Part shown: positions 40,171 through 54,636 of the stretch, piece by piece | How the letters are laid out: each line of letters starts with the position of its first letter | Position numbering within the stretch: position 1 is the first letter of the stretch | Notes under the pieces: model-generated | Databases searched by the model: none | Seen by the model: the letters and a program-made list of their open reading frames with translations, nothing else | What the model was told of the DNA's origin: nothing | Program-made: the position numbers and the translations under genes | Origin: Octopus vulgaris | Lineage: Eukaryota | Direction: 5' to 3' | Assembly: GCA_951406725.2 (NCBI GenBank) | Contig: OX597826.1 | Coordinates: 62,001-126,000 of the forward strand | DNA: 64,000 nt

Positions 40171-41284
40171 GACATTATCTTTCACCCGTTGGGTTCGATA
40201 AAATAAAGTACTAGTCAGTTACTAGGGGTCGATGTAATCGACTTGTCCTCTCCTTTTATCAACAATTATTGGTCTTCAACCATGTAAAGCACCGGAGCCC
40301 TGCTCAGGAGCATAAAAGAGCATGAAAAATATGTACATAATCTCCATGTTGTTAAATACATATTGTTCTCCGGCAGAACCAAAATCGAAGACTAGTTCAA
40401 TATATAAATATATATTTACATTTTGACACAAGTCTATTGATGTTTTATATATTTTTGTATTATCAATATACAGGAGCAAGCATGGCTGTGTGGTTAGAAA
40501 ATTGGCGTAGCAACCACGTTGTTTCGGTTCATTCCCACAGCGTAGTAACTTGGGCAAGTGTCTTGTACTCTAGCCGCGAACCGATCTGTGCCTTATGAGT
40601 TAATTTGGTAGACGGAAAACGTGCAGAAAGCGTAGCATGTATATCTAACTATCTTTCGAAAATAAATACAGGGGTCGATGTGATCGACTAAACCCTTTAA
40701 GATCGTGTTCCAGCTTGGATACAGTCCAATGAGTGAAACAGGTAAAAGCACATACATATTACATACATACACACATGCATTCATGTATGTGTGTGTTATA
40801 TTCAAGACGTGATTGTGTTCAGATTTAATAATCCTCTCTACATTGGTACAAGGTCTGAAATTTTGAAGGAAGAGGGCTAGTCGATGTACATTGACCCCGA
40901 AACATGATTGGTACTTATTTTATAAACCCCGAAAGGATGAAAAGGGAAGTCAAACTCGGCGGTCCAGCGAGCTAACGATTCCACCAGCTTGCCGTCTTAA
41001 TGTCATGCTTAATGATAATGTAATAATGTTTCATATTTTCTTATTATTTCATTATGTTTAGTCCGGAACAATTACATTCTTAAGTCCATGAATGTTTTCG
41101 ACTTCATCTTCTGAATGAAATGATGTCAGGATGCGTTGTTGCCGTGTCATGGTTGTAGCTAACAAGATTCAAGGAAATGATTTTGTAAATAATAAAATTC
41201 TCACCGCCAGACTTTAAATAATTTTAACGGTTAATTCAATTTTACCTTCATCCATTATTTTATGTGGGCTATATAGGTGTAAAT

Positions 41285-41770
41285 GTGGAGGCGCAATGGT
41301 CCAGTGGTTAGGGCAGCGGACTCCCGGTCGTAGGATCGGGCATTGTGAGTGTTTATTGAGCGAAAACACCTAAAGCTCCACGAGGCTCCGGCAGGGGGTG
41401 GTGGTAAACCCTGCTGTACTCTTTCATCACAACTTTCTCTCACTTTTTCTTCCTGTTTCTGTTGTACCTGTATTTCAAAGGGCCAGCCTTGTCACACTCT
41501 ATGTTACGCTGAATCTCCTCGAGAACTACGTTAAGGGTACACGTCTCTGTGGAATGCTCATCCACTTCCACGTTAATAAATGAGCTGCGACGTCACTGGT
41601 GCCTGGCTGTATCGGCCTCTGCCTTTCCCTTGGATAACATCGGTGGCCTGGAGAGGGGAGGTTGGTATGCGTGGGCGACTGCTGGTCTTCCATAAACAAC
41701 CTTACCCAGACATGTGCCTCGGAGGGTAACTTTCTAGGTGCAACCTCATGGTCATTCATGACCTAAGGGG
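41285..41770 (+). mobile_element. tRNA-derived SINE family 3, tail type A
   Basis: Head ggaggcgcaatggtccagtggttagggcagcggactc is shared with 57209 and 60583. Confidence 0.8.
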
Positions 41771-42034
41771 ATCACAATAGGTGTAAATTAACTTTTCTTT
41801 TGCCTTTCATACGTGCACGCACACACCAGCACACTCACAAAAAGACACATGTAAATGTGTGTGCATTTAAACTCTATAATGTAGATTCAAGACTTCGCAT
41901 ACCTAATTCGATAGTATTTTCTTGTTTGCTTGCAGGTTCTGATGAAATGGAAGTCATACTATCATTTTTGTACATAGGAATGAGGAAAGACATGTCAGTT
42001 TTTAACTGATATTGTCCTAAGATACATATCATGG

Positions 42035-42350
42035 ATACTCTAGGACACATCATTAGTGATATTTCTTGGGTCTAAGGGCGTTACGGTTTTTCCAGCATTA
42101 AATCCCCTTGCCCAGTTGACAAAGCTAGGGTCGATCAAGTCTCAACTTGCACCCCAGCAGCAACAGACCACCTGTCTGCTCTCTCAATGCATAGCTACCT
42201 AATGGTATCTGCAGCTTCAAAAATAGAATCTATGTTCTTCCTCTTGATGCACCAATCCCAGTCAGAACTTTGCAAAACGAACGTCATCACAAAATCCTTT
42301 GCAGCACACTTCAATTGCCTCGCAATGCGCCTGCCCACTCAGGCTTCTGC
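42035..42350 (-). mobile_element. Old RLE non-LTR retrotransposon 3' end (Hero-like)
   Basis: Minus strand WAG/QAHCEAIEVCCKGF...IFEAAD resembles the GW...PVEVGCRGF...EAAE C-terminus of Hero-clade elements (recalled pattern). Confidence 0.55.
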
Positions 42351-42737
42351 ACTACTCTAAACATTACAAACCAATTTAACCAACTGCATATTGTTCAAAT
42401 ACTTTTCAAATCGTGTTCACTGGTGTGTATATATATCGTAAAATGGTGATGAGAAAACATCAATCCCTCTAGCTCTGTAATAATGTGGATTAACATTTTG
42501 ATAAACCGATCGAAGAGATATTTGTTAGATTATGTATTTAAATCATTTCTGGTGGGGTACGGGTGAGGGTAAGGAGCGGGTGAAGGTCGGGGTGCAGGTG
42601 AGGATAGGTGGGAGATGAGTTACTATTCATTCCGATAATTTGTTTCCAGGATGCTGACGTCATCTGTGTATCACTCTATATATCTACTTACCTACTTACC
42701 TACCACCGTACAGATACATACATATACATAAACAGAC

Positions 42738-42776
<39 letters not shown>

Positions 42777-42806
42777 ATACAAATGAATGTGTATATATAT
42801 AATAAG

Positions 42807-42881
<75 letters not shown>

Positions 42882-43450
42882 ACATATATGCATTCATACA
42901 TACACACGCATATGTATGTATACGTAAGAATAATTTGCTAATGTTTCATTGAATTGTCTTCGACCTCGCCGAGACACCGCCTTCAGGGTTTTTTAGATAT
43001 ATATTCTTGATCTTTATGATCCTTATCTTTATTTCCGGTATTTATTTTATCGAGCTGTATATTGTTGATTGTCTAAATTACCATTTCGGCATAAAACCTA
43101 TCGATATTTTTGTAACCTACCAGTGTTGTGTCAAATACATAAACAGATACACACACGCACGTATACGAAGGCGCACGCGCTCTGACCTACACATATACAC
43201 ATATACATCGATCTACACATATACACACATATACACGTTTACACATGCGCTTACGCACGTACTTAAATATATCTATATGTATGTAAACGCATACGCACAT
43301 ATACACGTACGCATAAGTATATGCACATGTATGTACGTATATATACATATATACACACATATATACATACATAAGCCAACGGTCACTAAAAACTTTCTGT
43401 ACTAAATTCGAGCGAAAAAGACTTTCTATTTAAGGAGACACCCCTTATTA

Positions 43451-43556
43451 CATCACCTGATGAGATGTCTCTGCACCGAGGGATGTACCACAACTAGTTG
43501 TATAGATTCCCACCCGTAAGAGGTCGATGCAGGATGTGTCGAAACGATCGTTATGA
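43451..43556 (+). ncRNA. Type I hammerhead-like motif with extended stem II, partly decayed
   Basis: catcac-CTGATGA-gatgtctctgca...tgcaggatgtgtc-GAAA-cgatcg-TT-atga, followed by a short tail and (TA)n. Confidence 0.65.
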
Positions 43557-43895
43557 CCAACAAAGTTTCCTGTGTATTATATCTTTCGTCTATATCATAT
43601 TATATATATATATATACATATATATACACATATAGTAGAAATATGTTACGAAAAGAAAATATAAAATACACGTGGAAATGTAAGGGTAAAATATGAAAAA
43701 TCAACGAAAATGAACATTGCAAATAAAAAAAGGCTATTTATGACAGGTAACGACAAATATATACATTTAGATTGACTGAGGTAGTAATACGAGTCATAAA
43801 AGTCATTATTATGAGATGATAATAAAGTAAGAGAACAAATCGGATCATGGTTTACGCAAAGCTATTCATCGTTTGAACAACACTGGTTAATACAC

Positions 43896-43941
<46 letters not shown>

Positions 43942-44022
43942 TAACACTCACAAACGCACATACATAATCGATTATTTTTGAATATGTATAAGACATATAT
44001 CATCTGGATTCACGGTTGAACA

Positions 44023-44073
44023 ACTGCTGTTCTGATGACGCCTATTAAGGCAGAAACACGTGTCCACAGTAGT
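44023..44073 (+). ncRNA. Minimal type I hammerhead ribozyme with canonical core and GUC site
   Basis: actgctgtt-CTGATGA-c-gcct(atta)aggc-a-GAAA-cacgtg-TC-cacagtagt. Confidence 0.85.
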
Positions 44074-44384
44074 CAGCTTGTTTCTAGAAAAAGAACAGAC
44101 TATATTTTCTTTAAGGCATGTTTACTTTCAGCATATCATCAGCAAGTTTGAAAAGTCTGGACTTTTGAATTACAGGTGTAGTCTTCGACACATTTTCATT
44201 CACAAAGCTTGTGCCAATCCGACAAGTTGGTCAAATTATCCGAGACACTGCAAATTGATCATTTGGATCGAACCCGAAACATTTTAATTGCGAATTGAAC
44301 ACCTCAACCATTCGGATAACAGAAATACCGAGGGGAAGCCAGTTTAGCCCTTAAGAAAACACAGAATATATTTTTCTTTTACAT

Positions 44385-44544
44385 AGCGTAGGAGTGGCTG
44401 TGTGGTAAGTAGCTTGCTTACGAACTACATGATTCCAGGTTCAGTCTCACTGCGTGGTAGCTTGGGCAAGTGTCTTCTACTATAGCCTCGGGCTGACCAA
44501 AGCCTTGTGAGGATTTGGTTGACGGAAACTGAAAAGAAGCCCGT

Positions 44545-44641
<97 letters not shown>

Positions 44642-45047
44642 GCCTTGTGAGGATTTGGTAGACGGAAACTGAAAAGAAGCTCGTCTTATATATATAAGAC
44701 GGGCTTCTTTTCAGGCTTTGGTCGGCCCGAGGGTATAGTAGAAGACACTTGCCCAAGCTACCATGCAGTGAGACTGAACCTGGAACCATGTAGTTCGTAA
44801 GTAAGCTACTTACTACACAGCCATTCCTACGCTGTGTGTGTGTGTGTGTTTTTGTTCCCCCAGCATCGCTTGACAACCGATGCTGGTGTGTTTACGTTCC
44901 CGTAACTTAGCGGTTCGGCAAAAGAGACCGATAGAATAAGTACTAGGCTTATAAAGAATAAGTCCTGGGGTCGATTTGCTCGACTAAAGGCGGTGCTCCA
45001 GCATGGCCACAGTCAAATGACTGAAACAAGTAAAAGAGTAAAAGAGT
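44385..45047 (+). mobile_element. tRNA-derived SINE family 2 with an internal inverted copy of its own head
   Basis: Head 44385-44548, inverted head ~44697-44833, normal 3' half 44834-45047. Confidence 0.85.
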
Positions 45048-45636
45048 TACAGTGGTATCAAAATCCCATCGCATTCTGTGTTCTGCTCATAGACTCAATG
45101 CTTTTCCTTTTGACATTCTTCGGAGTAATCGCAGAGGAAGAATTTTTGGATTTCAGAGATAAATTTGTTGGGAGGGTTTCACTGTAGAACTTGTCCTCAG
45201 AGTGAAAAACTCGTCACCATTTACTCTCAAAATCTTTGCTAGATATATTTTCTCCATCATGTTGGCTTTTTAAAGTTACTTACGTTAAAGTCATCCAGAG
45301 GTCTTAATCTTTCGTACAATACAGTGTTGTATACGAAACCTTTTCTCTTATCAAATATGGGCCTGGGTACGGCATGGATGATGTGGATGGTGGGGAGAAC
45401 GGAGACTGGGATTATAAAAGTGTTTGTGTGTGTGTGGTGAGGTGGAATGCAGGAAAACAAGATTAAGAAACTTTAGTAGAACGTTTACTGACAAGAACAT
45501 TTTGATTCTATGATACTTTTGCAGGAATATCAAGAGTAGTAGTCATATGTAGCTCTGTGTGTGTGTGTGTGTGAGTGTGTCTATGTGTGCGACATATATA
45601 TATATATGCATATAGATATACACACACACGCACAGA

Positions 45637-45700
<64 letters not shown>

Positions 45701-46323
45701 CATAAACACACACACACTCTCTCTCTCTTTCTATCTCTCTCTTGTTCTCTTTCCCCCTCTCTCTATACGCATGCACTCACACACACAATCTGGAGACCGT
45801 AGGAACGTGAAACTCAAATCACCAGATAACTATAATATATATATAAAGAGAGAGAGAGAGAGGGAGAGAGAGAGAGAGAGAGAGGGGGAAAGTTGAGAGA
45901 GATAAAGGAGAGAAAAATGCAAGATATATACACACGCAGGAGCGCGCTCACACACACACATGCACAGAGGCTATTGGAATTCAATAGTTATCTGGCGATT
46001 TGAGTTTCACGTCCCTACGACCTCCAGATTGTGTGAGTGCGTGCGTATGAGAGAGAGAGAGAGAGAGAGAGAGGGGGGAAGAGAGAGAGGGTGTGTGTGT
46101 GTTCGTATTTATGCATGTATATATGTTTTGTATGAGTGTATATATATATGTGTGTATGTGTAATATATATGTATATAATTATCCATATAAATACACAAAC
46201 ATACACATAAATGCATATGTGTGTGTATGCATGTGCTTGTGTGTGTGGTGAGTGTAGTGTGTGCATGTCTGCTTATTTGATTGGATAAAGGTGGTTGGAG
46301 AAAGAGAGGAAGAGAGAGGGAAC

Positions 46324-46372
<49 letters not shown>

Positions 46373-46426
46373 GAGAAGATGGGCAGATAGCCAAACGCTA
46401 TAAATGGAACCAAGTAATACAGATTG

Positions 46427-46464
<38 letters not shown>

Positions 46465-46765
46465 CAGAGAGAAAGAGAGAGAGAGAGAGAGAGGGAGAAA
46501 GAAAATGTGGGTAAGAAGTAAAGTGAGGTGGAAAGAAATAAGAAATAAAAGGAAGGAGCTAAATAAGTGTGTGAGAGCAATGGAGATGCAAATATGTTCA
46601 GAAATATATACACACTTATCTGTACATCTTACGTACATAGATTTGCACTCACACTCACGTACACACACATAACATACGCCAGCAACACACACAGACAGAC
46701 AGACAGACAGACACACACGCAAATAAAGATGATTGCATGTATACATAACTACATATACGTACATA

Positions 46766-48025
46766 CAGGGTGCGTAAGATATTTGAGGACAGATTTATGT
46801 TTATAAAAAAGCAGATACATAAACACAGATAACTTTCTTTATCAAAAAATGCTACGCGGATAAAAAGAAACCTTCTTTCCTATAATGTTATTCAATAAAG
46901 CCTCCTTCAGCTTCAACAACTGCTTCTATATGAGATCTAAATCATCTACATGCTCGAATCAAGTGGCCCTGGTTCGTTTTGGACAATACTCTGACGATGG
47001 CAGCTTTCAAAGAATCTTTGGTGTTATGGGCATGTTCATTGACATTTCTCTCAACAACGCTGCACATGTAATAGTCCAATGGAGAGCGATCTGGGTAATT
47101 AGGAGGTCAAATGTTAAGGGTTATGTGATCATGAAAATTTTCAGCCAACCATTCCTGTGTCACTAGAGCCATGTGTGATAATGCAGAGTCTTACTGAAAC
47201 ACATGTGGCTTTCCATTGCATACACTGTCTATCCAGGGCTTAACAATTATTTCCAGGACCTCAATGTAGGCGACCGAGTTAACTCGAAGGCCTTGTGGAA
47301 AGAAGTAAGGAGGCATCACATGTTCTTCATTGCTGACAACCCCTAAAACCATGACAGTTGCAGGAAATTTTGCATGCATAACACCTGGATCTTCAGAGGG
47401 GTCTGCACATAACCATCTATCATTTCTTCTGTTAACTTTGTGATCTTGGTTGAAGGTTTTCTCGTTTGAGAAAAACCTAGTCACATCTTCTTCTGTTGGA
47501 ATTTTCAGTTTGTTTAAGAGCCTTTTAGATCTGATGTGATTTTCTTATACTTTTTCTGACAAATTGACCTTTCCTCATCATATAAGACTTATATCTGATG
47601 TCTTCGTAGACAATATTTCTGACTATTCCTTCTGACACATGGAGATCTTTTGCAATTGACCTCATGCACTGTCTGGGATTGTAATTAATTGTCTGTTGAA
47701 GTTGCTGGATAAATGCAGGTGTCCTGATGATGTCGGAGCGTTTAGAATGCTTTTTATACTTTGATACTGTTGATACGTTTCCAGCTTTAGTCTCTAGCTC
47801 CTTACAAACTTTGTAGATGAAAGATCTGACAACTTCTAAAAATCAAGATATTTTAAAATCATTATGCTCAGCCTTTCTAACCATAACAGCAGCATGTCTT
47901 TTCCTGTCTTGAGTAAACTGAGGGTCTGCCATTAATATTTTCTGAAACAAAGATTATACAAAGTGAGCAAAAAATGCAGCAGTGACCCTCCAAAAGTTAT
48001 GTCCTCAAATACCTTACGCACCCTG
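46766..48025 (-). mobile_element. DD37D (maT-type) Tc1/mariner transposon, full length, decayed
   Basis: TIRs cagggtgcgtaagatatttgaggaca / tgtcctcaaataccttacgcaccctg with TA on both sides. FSNEKTF, VMVLGVVS and FQ*DSA-(37 aa)-PLDY. Confidence 0.92.
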
Positions 48026-48081
48026 TATATATGTATGTGTGTATATGTGTATGTATATACATACATGCATATATACATACA

Positions 48082-48141
<60 letters not shown>

Positions 48142-48673
48142 CATGTATATATCGTAAAATTTTTCTTACGAAACACATAGACCGCATAGAAGTGCTCAGG
48201 TCGAACCAGAGACGTTAGACAGGTATAATAAAGGAAATGGAAAAAGTTCATGTTAGGCAATGAACACACATGCATAAGGATTTCATTAAGATAAGAATTG
48301 CCCAAAATAAAACATATATTAATATATCAAAAATATATAAATATATGTCTATTAAAAATATATTTGAACATGGATGTATAAACATAGTAATAATATAATG
48401 AAGCACAGGAATATAGATAAAAACGTTTTAAAAAAAGTACTGAAAATATAATGAAGAGATAATAATAGTCAGCAAAATAAGGTTTCGGGTTACACGTTAA
48501 AAGAAAATATTCCAACGGCCTTTTCTGGAGTTCATTCGTCCGGGTAAAAAATGAATCTTAAAATTCATTTTCAGAATGAAATCCGTACACATATGTGTCA
48601 TTGTATTTTGCCATGGACCGCTGAAATCTACAAGATTTTTCATTCTCTCTCTGTTTTCTATTTTCTCTTATTC

Positions 48674-48709
48674 CTTTCTGTTGAAGAGCTTAGGCTCGAA
48701 ACGTGAAAG
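48674..48709 (+). ncRNA. Degenerate minimal hammerhead in a pLTR-like repeat
   Basis: cttt-CTGTTGA-a-gagc(ttag)gctc-GAAA-cg-TG-aaag. A6U and H=G predict that it is inactive. Confidence 0.55.
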
Positions 48710-48798
48710 ACCTTTTCATTTTCCCGATCGTCAAACTAATACACTTGCTTGTTGTACATACGCCTACATGTTTTCGTCTTTTGTTCTTGTATAAATTT

Positions 48799-48893
<95 letters not shown>

Positions 48894-48989
48894 ATCCAAA
48901 CAAGAAACCACAAAAAAACACAAGAACGCGAGGACGTGGAACAAATAGAGTATTATTGGACGCTCAGGAAAGAAGGAAAGAAGGAGGTT

Positions 48990-49018
48990 TTAACGTTTCG
49001 AGCGGAGCTCTTCGTCGG
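48990..49018 (-). ncRNA. Truncated minimal hammerhead (U4C core) in a pLTR-like repeat
   Basis: Minus strand CCGACGA-a-gagc(tcc)gctc-GAAA-cg-TT-aa. The 5' strand of stem I is replaced by (TA)n. Confidence 0.5.
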
Positions 49019-49288
49019 ATATATATATATATATATATAGTGCATTACATATGTGAGAATTCAGTGCGACTATGTATGTGGTTATGTATGTGTTTGTGTG
49101 TTTGTGCGTATGTATATGTGTATATGTGTACGCATGTTATATATATATATTTCTATTTCAACTTCAGTGTAAATTGTGAAACCGGTTAAATCTTCAAATA
49201 TATTAATAAAAAATATTTTAACTATTCTCAGAGCATTTTCAACTTCTATTTTTCTTAAATTTCTACCCGTGTGGAATGAAATAACTTT

Positions 49289-49406
<118 letters not shown>

Positions 49407-49448
49407 TGTATGTGTGTGCGTGTGTGTATGCATGCATGTAAGATATAC

Positions 49449-49480
<32 letters not shown>

Positions 49481-49636
49481 TTAGGATAATAAGAGACAGA
49501 GAGGAGGGGAGAGAGCGTGATAGGAAGAGAGAGGAAGAGAAGAGAGAAAGAAAGTGAGAAAGAGGGAGAGAGAGAGAGGAAGAAAAAGAAAGAAAAGAGA
49601 GAAGGATCGTAAAGTTAACACAGTGTTGTTACTTAC

Positions 49637-49752
49637 TTCCCAATGAACAGCCGGAATTTATAATCTTTTTAATCACTTTATCAACAATATGTTTAGCACT
49701 TCCCTCACATTCTCCAAGACTTCGAATACAGGCACCAAATTCTTGCGCTGCT
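49637..49752 (-). CDS. Candidate internal coding exon of a small Cys-containing host protein
   Basis: tttctgctattttacAG ... GTAAGT boundaries. The 116 nt split as 1+114+1 and are open: AAQEFGACIRSLGECEGSAKHIVDKVIKKIINSGCSLG. Confidence 0.6.
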
Positions 49753-50095
49753 CTGTAAAATAGCAGAAATTTAATATTATCGCTGGAAGTAGGTCAATCA
49801 AAAAGCTTCGTATAGAAACTACAGACTACACTGCGAAATGTAGACAAATGTTACAAGAATTCAGTTTCATATTCTCGTACACGCACACACACATACACAC
49901 AAGACATTCCAAAGATTTCTCATCTGAGATTCTTTAGGTGAGTAGATGCACACACTCATGGGTGCATTTAAAAGAGTCACAAACACCGGTAATTCTTTTA
50001 AATCAAAAAGCCTTGTCGCTTTGTTGGCGGCCGGCTTCATCTCTCTAAAGAAGAACTTAAATAAAACTCTAAAAAGAAATTATACATATATATAA

Positions 50096-50160
<65 letters not shown>

Positions 50161-50182
50161 TATACATATATAAAAAGCGCAT

Positions 50183-51033
50183 AAATGATGCGATAGGTAA
50201 ATTGTCGCCATTTTATATTTTCAATTTCACGCATGCACTTTGTTTCTGATTTTGTCGACTACACAGTATGGTAGGGTCACTCGGGCACCGTATATGAGAA
50301 AAACAGCACCATGACGGAGTCCTTCACACTGCCAGAAATTTGGAAACGGCATGCTGTGCTGCTTCGCATTCGCAGTAGAAGCTTCAACACGAAGTATTTG
50401 GGTGTCAATCTGAGGACAGTGCATGTGCTGTGAGTGATAAAAATGAAACAAACAGTCAACATCATGGTGTTTGGAGTGATCACTAGTGATGGCGAGGTTA
50501 TGCCTCCATTCATCTTCCCACACGATCTCAAAGTCAGCACAGAGGCCTACATCAAGTGCTTGGAGGAGGTAGTGCTACTCTGGGTGAAGAGGGTGGCTGC
50601 TGGAAGACCCTATGTCTGGCAACAGGACTCTGCACCATGCCACACAAGTAGGAGAACCCAGTCGTGGCTGTCAGACAACTTCTGCGACCATATCACATAT
50701 CTGGTCACCTGACTCTCTAGACTGCAATGCGCTTTATTATGTGTGGGGCGCAGTTGAGCCAGAGAGTAACAAAACTCCTTGTAACACCAAAAATGAACTG
50801 AAGGCAAGGATTATGGCAGTATTTACAAATTTAAACAAGGAGGCCGTCCAGAAAAGTTGCAGGAGATTCCGAAGTCGTCTGGAGGCCATGGTTGAAGCCA
50901 ATGGGGATTTTTTAAGAATAAATTTAATCTTTTGTATTTCAAGATATTTTAATGGCATTTTGGTAAATATATCTTAAAATGAGGTGTCAATGTTGCTTTC
51001 GCGTAATTTAGACGACAGTTTATTCACCGTACC

Positions 51034-51036
<3 letters not shown>
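50183..51036 (+). mobile_element. Second DD37D-type mariner family, internally deleted
   Basis: IMVFGVITSDGEVMPPFIFP...YVWQQDSAPCHTS. Right TIR ...attcaccgtaccctg-TA; left TIR degenerate. Confidence 0.85.
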
Positions 51037-51083
<47 letters not shown>

Positions 51084-51332
51084 GACGAGATCTTTCAGTT
51101 TCCATCTACCAAATTCACCCACAAGGCTTTGGTAAACCCGAGACTAAAGTAGAATATATGTAAGTATGCATGCATGTAAGTATGTATGTATGTATGTATG
51201 TATGTATTTATGTATGTATGTATGTATGTATGTATGTATTTATGTATGTATGTATTTATGTATGTATGTATGTATTTATGTATGTATTTATGTATGTATT
51301 TATGTATGTATGTATGTATGTATGTATGTATG

Positions 51333-51364
<32 letters not shown>

Positions 51365-51649
51365 TGTGTGTTTACATTTGTTTGATAGATAAGTTCGTTC
51401 CTTTTGTTTTTCTAATTGACACCCAGAGTCATTCATATGAAAAGAGGTTAAATTTATTTAAATTTTAAAAACGAGAAACAAAAGTTGTAAAGAAAGAAAA
51501 AAGCTACAAAAATAAAACATGACCATAAAAAAATTGTGTTAAATAAATATTGGATTGAAGTAAAGTAAAAGGAACTGTAAACAAAGGAACTATTTGCCAT
51601 ACATACATACATACATACATACATACATACATTATAAATATGTGCATGT

Positions 51650-51823
51650 AGGCGTAGGAGTGGCTGTGTGGTAAGTAGCTTGCTTACAAACCACATGGTT
51701 CCGGGTTCATTCCCACTGCGCGGCACCTTGGGCAAGTGTCTTCTACTATAGCCTCGGGCCGACCAAAGCCTTGTGAGTGGATTTGGTAGACGTAAACTGA
51801 AAGAAGCCTGTCGTATATATTCG

Positions 51824-51855
<32 letters not shown>

Positions 51856-52097
51856 TGTATGTATGTATGTATGTGTGTTGTGTATACATTTGTGTGTCTG
51901 TGTTTGTCCCCTCAACATCGCTTGACAACCGATGCTGGTGTATTTACGTCCCCGTAACTTAGCGGTTCGGCAAAAAAGGCCGATAGAATAAGTACTAGGC
52001 TTACAAAGAGTAAGTCCTGGGGGCGATTTGCTCGACTAAAAGCGGTGCTCCTGCATGGCCACATTCAAATGACTGAAACAAGTTAAAGAGTAAAAGG
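51650..52097 (+). mobile_element. tRNA-derived SINE family 2, full length (other copies ~40470-40745 and ~56030-56415)
   Basis: ggcgtaggagtggctgtgtggtaag head, ggttcattccc B-box-like motif, ccttgggcaagt core, internal microsatellite and (agtaaaag) tail. Confidence 0.85.
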
Positions 52098-52134
52098 GTA
52101 AATATATACACACATACATACACATACACACACG

Positions 52135-52235
<101 letters not shown>

Positions 52236-53419
52236 ACATATATATTACATCAAAATATCTGCGACCTCAAGGGGGAGGATAAGACACCTATTCATCTTCA
52301 ATTATCATAATTTTTTATTTTAAAATAAAACTAGACTTTTCTTAGGCTTAAATAATAGAAAAAGGCATGAGGAATTCAGAATCGTTGGTCGCATTGAACA
52401 AAAATTATTAGAGAAAAGTTATGAGGTGAAATGTAATGAAATTTATTGTCAATAAGTGAGGAAGTAAGAAGTAATGCCCCAAGCAAATGTTAAGAATATA
52501 TTTATAAAATGAATGTTTACAACTTAACGCAGCGGTTTGACAGAAACGTTAGTGCGGAGTGTTTAGCGGTATTTCATGTATTTTCGTTCTGAGTTCAAAT
52601 TCCACCGGGATCGACTTTACCTGTGGTATATTCTTATTTTTTTAAAAATTAAATATTTAATAAAGTTATTCTTAATATACTGTTGAATTAGGGTAAGTTT
52701 AACTTTTATTATTAATTTTCTCTTTCAGTTTTAATAAACTTGCTTTCTACTTTTTTTGGCTTTTCCTTTTTAGTTACTTTCCTTTTTTTAGTTAATTTAG
52801 TTAATTTTTTTAGTTAATCAACCTAGTTCATTAATGTGTTATATGCCTTAGATATGTGCATCTAAATTTATTGGGGCATGAATATAGTCATTTTGGGCTG
52901 TGTCTCTATGGGCAGACCTTAAGGCATGTAGTAAGGCTGTCCAGAAAATTATTTAAAAGAGATTTTTCATAAATCAAATTTATATAAATGGGATGTAGGT
53001 AATTTTAACTTGTGTATATCTGATATGCTTTTATAATTACTGTTGTATTGAATAATTATTGATAGATCTAGATTAGCAGCAGCCAGTGCTATTATCAACG
53101 ACTCAAAATATAGGTTAACTAAGGTGAGACTGGTAACTGATGGTTTTGGGGTCTTGTTGTTTGTAACTTTTGGTGAGCTATGGTGCAATCAACAAGATGG
53201 TAAAATTCCCTGCTATTAATTTGTGTGGATGAGTAATATCAAATAATTCAATCACAGCATATATTTAAATTAAACATAAAAAAATTGAAATATTATCATC
53301 ACTTACATGGAAAAATTAAAATATTATCTTTCAGTATTTTATAAGTTAAAATCTTGAATTATTAATTGACACATGATTAATTATCTTATAACAGCAATGC
53401 TTGGAAAAATCGTGGATTA

Positions 53420-53920
53420 CATGGGAAATGCGTGCATGAAAAGTAATATTCTTAAGATTATAAACCTGGAAAAGTACAGGACAAGTTATTACACCTGGAA
53501 AAGTGTAGGACAATCTATTACTTCTAGTAAGAAACTTTTTGCTTAAAATATTGCAGCTAAAATTAAAATTTGAATATTAAAAATTATTTTATTATAGTTT
53601 ACAAATAACACTATTCTTATTTAAGTAGAATTTGACTAATTTACTATCTTAAATACAGAAAAAAGTGACTAATTAGACAAACTTTCAAATTAGCTGAACA
53701 GTTTTGAACAATAAATTTAAAAGTTGCGAACTGTAAAGAGTGATAAATTAGAAGAACTGGCATTCTTTGCTGCAATATTTTAAGTAAAAAAGTTTCTTAT
53801 TCTTTACTTTACTTGAAGCAATAGTTTGTCCTCTACTTTTCCAAGTGTAATAATTTGTCCTGTACTTTTCCAGGTTTATAATCTTAAGAATATTACTTTT
53901 CATGCTCGCATTTTCTCATG
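53420..53920. mobile_element. MITE with ~110-bp TIRs containing internal subrepeats and TA TSD
   Basis: TA-catgggaaatgcgtgcatgaaaagtaatattcttaagattataaacctggaaaagtacaggac... is mirrored at 53809-53920-TA. Confidence 0.8.
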
Positions 53921-53966
<46 letters not shown>

Positions 53967-54553
53967 TCATAGATTGATCTAGGGCTAAACCAAAAACCAT
54001 CGCAACGACGAAAACTATAAATGGGACAGCAAAAGCTGATAGCAGTAGCAGTGGACGTAAAAGCTGTTGGGTGCAAAAATAACATGAATTGCAGAACAAT
54101 AATAACAGCAACAGTAGCAGAAGTAATAGCAGCAGCAGCAGCAGCAAAAGAAGGGGTTTTCAAAGGTAGCGTAAGGGCCAAAAGTAGGGATTACTCGACC
54201 TGATTGGTTTCAGTACTTAGTTTATTTTATCGAACCCAGAAGTATGACAAATATGAACTCGGAAGAGTTTAAACTCAGAATGTAAAGCATCTTGATTAAA
54301 TGTTGCATACCATTGTGGAGTGACTATTTACCGGTTCTACCAAGCCCCTGGCATCCATGGCCAGCAACAATAGCGGAACCAAATATTGTTGCAAGACCTG
54401 TTAGAAAATGGCCCAGAAATCCCATTCAAATTACACCCCAACGTCAGTGAAAAAAATAAATAAATAAAGAGTTAACTGTTGGATAACGTGACTTTGGGCT
54501 CCCTGCACAAGAGTGGTACCGGTTGGAATATCTTTCAGATAGGTCTTGCTCAA

Positions 54554-54636
<83 letters not shown>

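Noticed and set aside
52960-53200. Possible hAT dimerisation-domain remnant on the minus strand
   Set aside because: Only a vague resemblance, with no TIRs or clear motif.
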